This document shows positions 18,209 to 25,697 of a stretch of 33,355 nt of DNA, one piece after another (position 1 is the first letter of the stretch; every line of letters begins with the position of its first letter). Made by a program: the position numbers and the translations under genes. Under the pieces are notes generated by a model. The model was given only the letters and a program-made list of their open reading frames with translations. It did no database searches and had not been told where the DNA came from. Origin of the DNA: Candidatus Hermodarchaeota archaeon (GTDB lineage: Archaea; Asgardarchaeota; Hermodarchaeia; Hermodarchaeales; Hermodarchaeaceae); contig JAEOTB010000050.1 in assembly GCA_016840065.1 (NCBI GenBank), positions 1-33,355 on the forward strand, read 5' to 3'.

Positions 18209-19237
18209 CTAGGATGCCGGGTGATCTTGGTTTTCACCTGATGTCTGTTCCTCCTCTTCTTTGAGGAGTTCTAGGTGGTGGCTGTTTTCGGGTTTTGCGA
18301 GGAATCTCTGAAACCTTTGCTCCACAGTGACTAGGTCAGGGAATTTATGGGGACCGAGAGTCTCTACGTTGAAGGAGGCTGCCGCAGAAGCGAAGTAAGC
18401 CGACCACAGGGGGCGCTTGGTCCGCTCGTATCCGATGATGAATGCGACGGAAAACACGTCGCCACAACCGGTGTGGTCTACTACGCAAAAGGGAGTGAAT
18501 GGAGGTATGTGTTGGAGCGTCTCACCCTGGTAGAGGTATGCGCCGCGGTCGCCATCAGTGATGAGAACTATCGCCTTTGATTGGGTGAAGGCGCTGTGGG
18601 CTGCTGGCTCAAGGTCTAGTTCACCGGTGAGCTGCCGGATTTCCTCGGTGTCACCCTTGAGCACATCGATATTAGCTGCCACCTTAGAGAACGTGTTCCA
18701 GGGGCAAGCCTCCACAATGTCATTCTTTCTAGTATTCCTTCTCCGTACAAAACCTTGTATGTCAACAGACACCTGTATATCACGGTGCTTGGCAGAAGCT
18801 ATTATTCTCGGGTTCACTTCTTGGAGAACAGGGCTTATGTGCATCCATTTAGTCCTCCAGTAGGTTTTGGGAATGTCTCGTGTATTGATTTTTTCAGCTA
18901 TGTGGGGAACATGCTGAGTCCGCCTCCCCTCCTCATCATACTTGTTCACAAAGCGGGTTGTGTGATGTCCATGCCGTAATCCCTCAAGATCCATTCCACC
19001 TTCAGCGAGCCGCTTAAGATAGGCTACTGGGAAGTCATCACCAATCACCGAGACAAGACCAACGCGTTGAAGCCCCATGCTTCGAGCTGCCATTGCATAA
19101 GATGGTGGTCCTCCAAGGACTATCCCTTTCTCCTCTTGGGTAATCGTCTCGTCCAGGGCGACGTGACCAACCACCACTAGGTCATAATCATAATTCTGCA
19201 ACCTTACGGATATGATGATGTCGTCGGATTTCTCCAC
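18209..19237 (-). CDS. PfkB/ribokinase-family carbohydrate kinase
   Basis: VVVGHVALD, LGGPPSY, VSVDIQG, LITDGDRGA, VDHTGCGDVF. Confidence 0.9.
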   Translation of the reverse strand: MEKSDDIIISVRLQNYDYDLVVVGHVALDETITQEEKGIVLGGPPSYAMAARSMGLQRVGLVSVIGDDFPVAYLKRLAEGGMDLEGLRHGHHTTRFVNKYDEEGRRTQHVPHIAEKINTRDIPKTYWRTKWMHISPVLQEVNPRIIASAKHRDIQVSVDIQGFVRRRNTRKNDIVEACPWNTFSKVAANIDVLKGDTEEIRQLTGELDLEPAAHSAFTQSKAIVLITDGDRGAYLYQGETLQHIPPFTPFCVVDHTGCGDVFSVAFIIGYERTKRPLWSAYFASAAASFNVETLGPHKFPDLVTVEQRFQRFLAKPENSHHLELLKEEEEQTSGENQDHPAS

Positions 19238-19452
19238 TCAAACGCCGCCTAGGATTTAGAATAAGGTGTATGTTCAAGGCATTTCGCTCCTATAAAACTC
19301 TCTAGTTCTTTCTACACGTTCTTGATGCAAAAATATTTTAGCCACGCCGCCAGAGGTTCTCCTTGACTCGGGTAGGTTGAGGTCGGGTTATCAATACTAC
19401 CCTCATTTCCTCGGCTCCATCTCCTCCTCTAAAAGAACAAAGGTGCATAAAT

Positions 19453-22400
19453 TTGCCTCGCAGTGAAAAGGGATTAAAGGCTAAAACCGCAGCCCAGGCT
19501 AGAATGTTTAAGGTGTTTGCAGACAAGACATCCCAGGGCATTCTTGTTTTCCAGGAAGACAGCATTATCTACGTTAATGCGGCGTTTGCCAAGATTATCG
19601 GTTATCCTCTGCGTGAAATCCGTAACTGGCAGCCTCAAGCCCTTCTAGCCTTGACTCTAAAGGAGGAGCAGAAGATAAGTGAGGACCAATTTCTGAGGGG
19701 TCTTAAAGGCAGGGTTAAGACTCGTGTCTATGTGGCGAGGATTATCGATAAGAAGGGTAGGGTTCGCTGGATTCAATCCATTCCCAAGTCTATCAAAATA
19801 CAAAGCGAGCCAGCGATTCTAGTAACAGTCACTGATGTCTCTGAATACAAAGAGACAGAACAGGCACTGAGAGCCTCCGAAGAACGATACCGAAGATTTC
19901 TAGAGCACTTCCAAGGGATCGCCTACAGCGCAGTCTTTGAAGGACTCCCAGTCTTCTTTCACGGTGCGGTGAAAGCCATAACCGGGTACACAGAAAGGGA
20001 TTTCATATCTGGCGAAGTATCGTGGAAGGATATCGTTCACCCAGAAGACTGGATCTTAATAGAATCAGACTGGAAAAGGATAGGGTCTGTCCCTGGGTCA
20101 ACAGTCGAACGTGAGTATCGCATCATCCGCAAGGATGGGAAAATACGCTGGCTCCTTGAACTCTGCCATAATATCAGTGATGAGTCAGGTCAAGTATTTG
20201 GAGTGGAAGGCCACATCTATGACATAACGGAAAGAAAAGAGGCTGAGGAGGCCCGCCACGAATCAGAAGCTAGATATCGAACTCTGGTCGCAATCTCCCC
20301 TGATGCCATATTCCTCACAGACCTCACAGGGAAGATCCTTATAGTCAATCCCCGAACCGTTGAGTTATTTGGGTGCAAGTCAGAAGCAGATTTGCTAGGA
20401 AAACCTGCGATAGATTTCGTACTGCCCGAAGATCGACAACGAATCGTTCAAATCATGTTAAATACAGTGCAGACTAGAATAACTAGAAATATTGAGTATA
20501 CTATCCTACGCAGAGATAGCTCCACAAAACCCGTAAATGCCAGCGCATCAGTTATCACGGGACCTGACGGTCAACCCCAAGCCCTGATTGGCGTTATTCG
20601 AGACATCACCCAGCAGAAACTGGGCGAAAAGGCCTTGAGCGAATCTGAAGCCAAATACCGAGCACTAGTAGAGCAGTCCCTCCAGGGGATTATTGTTACA
20701 CAAGGCTCACCACTACGTGTAGTATATGCCAATACAGCCTTTGAAGAAATTATCGGTTACTCGCTGGAGGAATTGATTGCCCTGGAGGATAGTATTGATC
20801 AATTACTCTACCCTGCTGACAGGAAACTGGTTCTGGAACGAGCAAGGAAGCGACTGAGGGGAGAGTCAGTACCGCAGAGTTATGAGTATCGCATCATACA
20901 CAAAAGTGGAGTCGTACGCTGGGTACGAAATTATGCTAGCCCAATCGAGTATGAAGGTAAACCCGCAATCCAGTCAATAATCGCTGATATAACCGAGCGC
21001 AAGCAAGCAGAGCTGGCACTCCAGGAATCCGAGGAGAAGTACAGTAACTTATTCCAATACTTCCATGACCTAATTATACTACATGATTTGGAAGGCAACA
21101 TCCTTGATGTTAACCAGCAGGTTATAGACCAGTTGGGTTATTCTCGAGAGGAACTTCTTCAAATGAAGATAGCTGATTTGCATCCTCCCGAAGCGGTGGA
21201 GGCCTCCCATGATGCCTTTGAAACGGTTATCCGAGAGGGCTCAGTACACTTTGAGATTGATCTCTTACGGAAGACTGGTGAAGTATTCACAGCAGAAGTT
21301 TCCTCCAGCCTCTTCAATATCAGTGGACAAAAAGTAATCCAAGGAATTCTCCGAGATATAACCGAACGGAAACAAGCAGAACAGGAACTCAAGGAACGGG
21401 AGAAGCGCTATCGGGCGCTCTTTGAAAAAACAAATGATGCCGTATTCATTCTCAGCCTCGACCTAATCCATATCCAGGTAAATCAACGAGCCGCAGACCT
21501 ACTTGGATACACGATTGAAGAACTGATGGGATTGCATGTTCAAGATGTTGTTGCACTAGGAGAATATCCAGACAGCCAACGAGTGATACAAGCTCTACTG
21601 GCTGGAGACCATGTGCCCGTGTATGAGCGATTATTCCGAAGAAAAGATGGCACCGTATTCCCAGTAGAAATAAACGCAGCATTAGTAACTGATGCTGAAG
21701 GCAATCCTCTCCACTTTCAAAGCGTGGTCCGAGACATTACTGAACGAAAACGAGCAGAGCAGGCGTTGTTGGAGAGTGAGCACAGGTTCAGAGGAATCGC
21801 GGAAAACATGGATGACGCGTTAATCATCCGCGAAGAAGGAGAAGTGGTCTACGTCAATGACCGGGCTTGTGAAATCTTCGGTTATCCTCGAGAAGAACTA
21901 ATGACCATGTCAACCAAGGATCTCTGTGCTCCAGAAGAGCGAAGCAGATTCCAAGCCTTCATTGAAGAACTACAGCACAGAGGTGGGGGATTTGCCGAAC
22001 TCGAGCTGCGAGTGCTTCACAAGGACGGATCAAACAGGTTTCTCCACTATCGGTTCTGGGTACGGAGGGACTATGGAAAAGTCATTCACTTCATTATAGC
22101 CAATGATATCACTCAACGCAAGCTCGCCGAGCAAGCATTACAGGAATCTGAGTTGAAGTATCGATCCCTGGTTGACAAGTCCATCCAAGGCATTATACTC
22201 CTGCAAGATATTCCTCCACGAATTGTTTTTGCCAATCCAGAAGGAGCTAGGATATTAGGATACAAACCAGAAGAGCTAGAATCCCTTTCAAAAAGTGATA
22301 TCGAGAACCTCTTCCACCCAGATGCCCGGGAAATAATCTTCCAACGAGCAAGAGAAATTCTCGAAGGGTCTATCGAAACTACACACATCTCCTATGGTCC

Positions 22401-22950
22401 CCGCGAAGTTCGGATGTTCCACCGGGACAAAACCCAACACTGGGTAGAGCTATTCGCACGGCGCATTGAATATCAAGAAGAACCCGCAGTACAGGTGATG
22501 GCCATTGAAATCACTGAACGAAAGGAGGCAGAGCTAGCCTTGAAGGCATCAGAGGAGAAGTTCCGCGCCCTAGTTGAGGAGCTAGATGACTGGGTCTTCG
22601 AAATGGATGCTCAGGGTACCCTCACCTATTCGAACAATTCGGTTGAGAACCTCCTTGGCTACTCGGTGGGACAGGTAATCGGACTCAATCCACTGGACTT
22701 CCTTCACCCTGACGATGCAAAAGCCACCAAGCAGCTATTCAACGAAATGGTAAGAAACAAACAGCGAATACGAAACCTGACCGCCCGTTATCTTCACCGC
22801 GATGGATCCGTCGTCATTCTGGAAGCTGTGGGACACCCAATACTCGACGACAAAGGGGAACTCCTCGGTTACCGAGGAATCTACCGAGACCTAACAGAAC
22901 GTCTACAAATACTAGACCAACTACGACAATACGCAACCGAAGAACCATAA
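19453..22950 (+). CDS. PAS/PAC domain protein with nine PAS domains and no output domain
   Basis: Nine PAS/PAC units, most ending DITERK and joined by AEQAL.ESE.KY/FR.L linkers; the ORF ends about 13 aa after the last DLTER. The start may be ATG 19504. Confidence 0.92.
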   Translation: MPRSEKGLKAKTAAQARMFKVFADKTSQGILVFQEDSIIYVNAAFAKIIGYPLREIRNWQPQALLALTLKEEQKISEDQFLRGLKGRVKTRVYVARIIDKKGRVRWIQSIPKSIKIQSEPAILVTVTDVSEYKETEQALRASEERYRRFLEHFQGIAYSAVFEGLPVFFHGAVKAITGYTERDFISGEVSWKDIVHPEDWILIESDWKRIGSVPGSTVEREYRIIRKDGKIRWLLELCHNISDESGQVFGVEGHIYDITERKEAEEARHESEARYRTLVAISPDAIFLTDLTGKILIVNPRTVELFGCKSEADLLGKPAIDFVLPEDRQRIVQIMLNTVQTRITRNIEYTILRRDSSTKPVNASASVITGPDGQPQALIGVIRDITQQKLGEKALSESEAKYRALVEQSLQGIIVTQGSPLRVVYANTAFEEIIGYSLEELIALEDSIDQLLYPADRKLVLERARKRLRGESVPQSYEYRIIHKSGVVRWVRNYASPIEYEGKPAIQSIIADITERKQAELALQESEEKYSNLFQYFHDLIILHDLEGNILDVNQQVIDQLGYSREELLQMKIADLHPPEAVEASHDAFETVIREGSVHFEIDLLRKTGEVFTAEVSSSLFNISGQKVIQGILRDITERKQAEQELKEREKRYRALFEKTNDAVFILSLDLIHIQVNQRAADLLGYTIEELMGLHVQDVVALGEYPDSQRVIQALLAGDHVPVYERLFRRKDGTVFPVEINAALVTDAEGNPLHFQSVVRDITERKRAEQALLESEHRFRGIAENMDDALIIREEGEVVYVNDRACEIFGYPREELMTMSTKDLCAPEERSRFQAFIEELQHRGGGFAELELRVLHKDGSNRFLHYRFWVRRDYGKVIHFIIANDITQRKLAEQALQESELKYRSLVDKSIQGIILLQDIPPRIVFANPEGARILGYKPEELESLSKSDIENLFHPDAREIIFQRAREILEGSIETTHISYGPREVRMFHRDKTQHWVELFARRIEYQEEPAVQVMAIEITERKEAELALKASEEKFRALVEELDDWVFEMDAQGTLTYSNNSVENLLGYSVGQVIGLNPLDFLHPDDAKATKQLFNEMVRNKQRIRNLTARYLHRDGSVVILEAVGHPILDDKGELLGYRGIYRDLTERLQILDQLRQYATEEP

Positions 22951-23027
22951 GCCACTGCATCATCGCCGAAACCCTTCACCACCAAAAAACCCACGAAACC
23001 AGTAGTTTGTCTAGAATCAATTTACTT

Positions 23028-23079
23028 CCCCTTCCTCCCCCGCTCCCCCTCCATCCCCTTGGTGTCTTGTTGGTGAGGG
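23028..23079. repeat. Dispersed C-rich/G-rich intergenic repeat, copy 1
   Basis: 31-nt core CCCCTTCCTCCCCCGCTCCCCCTCCATCCCC (23028-23058) then TGTCTTGT-TGGTGAGGG. Confidence 0.9.
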
Positions 23080-23119
23080 TGTGTGTTGGGATGTTTTGTC
23101 GCAACCTTGGTTTTTTCCT

Positions 23120-23142
23120 GAAACCTCATCTTTAAGTACCCT
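23120..23142 (+). promoter_or_regulatory. Promoter (TTTAAGTA TATA-like) duplicated with the paralogous gene
   Basis: GAAACCTCATCTTTAAGTACCCT here and GAAACCTCAACTTTAAGTACCCT at 25632-25654; both are followed by TAGGGGAG and ATGGT. Confidence 0.65.
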
Positions 23143-23179
23143 CAGGTATCATTCAAGAATGTCTTGATAGGGGAGTAAA

Positions 23180-25612
23180 ATGGTCAAGATTGTATGCTGG
23201 AAGTCACGACATACTCATTTGATTTTTCTAATAGGGTTGCTATTCATAATAATAGCACCTAGGAGTACTCCTTTACTCACCTATTCCAATTCCTCTCATG
23301 TTTCCACCATGGCACAAGACTGTGATTCTGCAGTCACTCAGAGTAGTATTTCTCGGGGATTTCCTTACAAATCTTTGGTTCCAGTTCCTGGTAGCCATGC
23401 CCCTATATGGAGTCAGCTCTACGGTGGCTTCGAAGAAGATGATTGTAATGATGTTATAGCACTTAGCGGCGGGGGTTATGCTCTAATCGGGTACACCGAT
23501 ATCAGTCCTGCTCCCTACACGGACATATACATTCTAGGTACCGATGGGAATGGTAACCAGCTATGGAGCAATACATTTGGAGGGGTCTACGATGATAAAG
23601 GAATATCTGGGGCAGAATGCTCCACGGGTGGCCTGATTATCAGTGGGTACATTCAAGATACAATGAGTTATTCTGAATCTGATATCATACTAATCCGTAC
23701 AAGCAACACAGGGACTCACCTCTGGAATAAGACCTTTGGGGGTGTCAATGAAGAAAAAGTTGGGGCAGTAATAGAGTGTTCAGGAGGAGGCTTCATCCTT
23801 GTGGGCGATACTACAAGTTTTGGTGCAGGATCATGTGATGTTTGGCTGATTCGTACTGATGCTAGTGGGAACCTCCTATGGGATGTTACCTTCGGCGGCT
23901 ATTATGAAGACAGAGGCTATGATATCGTTGAGTGCTCAGACGGAGGGTTTGCCGTCCTGGGGTATACTTACAGTTCTAGTACAAGATCGTATGACCTTTG
24001 GTTAATCCGTACTGATGCTTCAGGAAACCTTCTTTGGAGTAAAACATACGGCAGCGATCGTTTCGAAACTAGCAGGGGGCTAGTAGAGTGTGCTGGTGGG
24101 GGCTTTGCAATAACAGGTACGAAATACACAGCTTCCAGTAGTGGTGACATTTGGTTGCTGCGTACTGATGCCACAGGTAATCTCCTTTGGGACGAGTTCT
24201 ATGGTGGTTCAGATTGGGAAAACAGCGACGACCTCATCGAATGTAGTGATGGAGGCTTTGCCATCACAGGCGAGACTAGAAGCTACGGTTCAGGGGGGCT
24301 GGATTTATGGGTGATTCGCACAAACAACTTGGGCGAATGCTTATGGACAAAAAGCTACGGTGGGGTATCTAGCGACTATTCAGGAGGAATAGTTGAGGTA
24401 GGTGCAGGCGGGTTTGTCGTAGCTGGTGGATATACCACCCTCAGCACCTCTGATAGGGATGTGTGGTTACTACATATTCCCGATCCTTTCATGTGGTGGG
24501 GAGAAACAACAGGGGACAAAATTGTAGAAGTCGGTGCGGGCATCTGGTTTGAACTAGTAGCAAAAGCCCGCTTGGGCATTGACAGGTGGTGGATAAACGA
24601 CACGGTGAAATTCAACCTTTCAGCTGGTGTGATAACGAATGCATCGGTACTCTCACTTGGTAATCATGGTGTCCAGGTATGGGTCAACGACTCGGTCGAT
24701 AATAGATTGAACAAAAACATCACTTTCACGGTTGAACCTCAGGCACCGCCCACCTGGGTTGAGGTGCCTACGAATCAGGTTGTTGAATTAGGCACCCCGT
24801 TCATCTACAATTTAAACGCAACAGACCGTACCGGAATAGATGCTTGGTGGTTAACCAATACTATACCTTTTAGAATAAATGAAGAGGGAATAATCTCCAA
24901 TGACACATTCCTTGCACTCGGAGAATATGATTTGCAGATTTGGGTGAACGACACCTTTGGAAACACTATCTCAGCCTCCTTCCAAGTACAGGTTGTTGAT
25001 CAAACAGCACCGGTCTGGGTGGAAACGCCCCAGGACTTATACTGTGAGTTGGGCTACCCTTTCTATTGCGATTTAGATGCCAAGGATTTGAGTGGAATTG
25101 ACACCTGGTCGATAGATGACACCACCAGATTCACCATCAGCCCATTAGGAACGATTACAAATATCACCTTTTTACCAGTTGGAGACTATCCGATATTTGT
25201 CTGGGTTAATGATACGCTTGGCAATACGCTAAACGCCTACTTCAAAGTCACTGTAAATGACAATGTAGGACCAATCTTTTTGAATACCCAACCTGCCTTG
25301 ATTGGAACTCCTGACCTGTTTGTTTATCAGTTGGAAGCCTACGATTTATCTGGTGTGGGTGGGTGGGGTGTGAGTGACACTACTAATTTTGATATCACAG
25401 AGTCTGGACTGCTCTCCAACCGTCGGACCCTAAATCCAGGCACATACAATCTTACAGTCTATGTTTATGACATCCATGGTAATTCCAAGAGTAAACTGAT
25501 TCAAATTACTATTACTGGCTTGGGTTCGATGATGTTCACAATTATCATCATGGCTGCTCTGGTTATTGTATTAGTAGTCGGTGGTACCTATGCCGCTACC
25601 CGCCGCTTCTGA
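23180..25612 (+). CDS. Surface protein: signal peptide, seven propeller-type repeats, four Ig/cadherin-like repeats, C-terminal TM with almost no cytoplasmic tail
   Basis: Seven repeats of about 52 aa (EC..GGF.I.G...D.WLIRTD..GN.LW..T.GG); four repeats of about 85 aa (DxSG...W...DTT.F.I...V.VND..GN); ends TM-TRRF. Confidence 0.85.
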   Translation: MVKIVCWKSRHTHLIFLIGLLFIIIAPRSTPLLTYSNSSHVSTMAQDCDSAVTQSSISRGFPYKSLVPVPGSHAPIWSQLYGGFEEDDCNDVIALSGGGYALIGYTDISPAPYTDIYILGTDGNGNQLWSNTFGGVYDDKGISGAECSTGGLIISGYIQDTMSYSESDIILIRTSNTGTHLWNKTFGGVNEEKVGAVIECSGGGFILVGDTTSFGAGSCDVWLIRTDASGNLLWDVTFGGYYEDRGYDIVECSDGGFAVLGYTYSSSTRSYDLWLIRTDASGNLLWSKTYGSDRFETSRGLVECAGGGFAITGTKYTASSSGDIWLLRTDATGNLLWDEFYGGSDWENSDDLIECSDGGFAITGETRSYGSGGLDLWVIRTNNLGECLWTKSYGGVSSDYSGGIVEVGAGGFVVAGGYTTLSTSDRDVWLLHIPDPFMWWGETTGDKIVEVGAGIWFELVAKARLGIDRWWINDTVKFNLSAGVITNASVLSLGNHGVQVWVNDSVDNRLNKNITFTVEPQAPPTWVEVPTNQVVELGTPFIYNLNATDRTGIDAWWLTNTIPFRINEEGIISNDTFLALGEYDLQIWVNDTFGNTISASFQVQVVDQTAPVWVETPQDLYCELGYPFYCDLDAKDLSGIDTWSIDDTTRFTISPLGTITNITFLPVGDYPIFVWVNDTLGNTLNAYFKVTVNDNVGPIFLNTQPALIGTPDLFVYQLEAYDLSGVGGWGVSDTTNFDITESGLLSNRRTLNPGTYNLTVYVYDIHGNSKSKLIQITITGLGSMMFTIIIMAALVIVLVVGGTYAATRRF

Positions 25613-25631
25613 AGCAAATCAGCCCGCTCAA

Positions 25632-25654
25632 GAAACCTCAACTTTAAGTACCCT
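25632..25654 (+). promoter_or_regulatory. Second copy of the duplicated promoter
   Basis: 22 of 23 nt match 23120-23142. Confidence 0.65.
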
Positions 25655-25697
25655 GCCATACTAATCTACACATTCGATAGAAGCTAGGGGAGCTTAA

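Noticed and set aside
19340-19435. Possible ncRNA or riboswitch upstream of the PAS gene (GGGTAG...CTACCC stem)
   Set aside because: Only one imperfect hairpin, with no tRNA, SRP, RNase P or riboswitch consensus recognisable.
22951-23179. Frameshifted or read-through histidine kinase domain after the PAS gene
   Set aside because: The downstream sequence is short and low-complexity, with no H-box seen.
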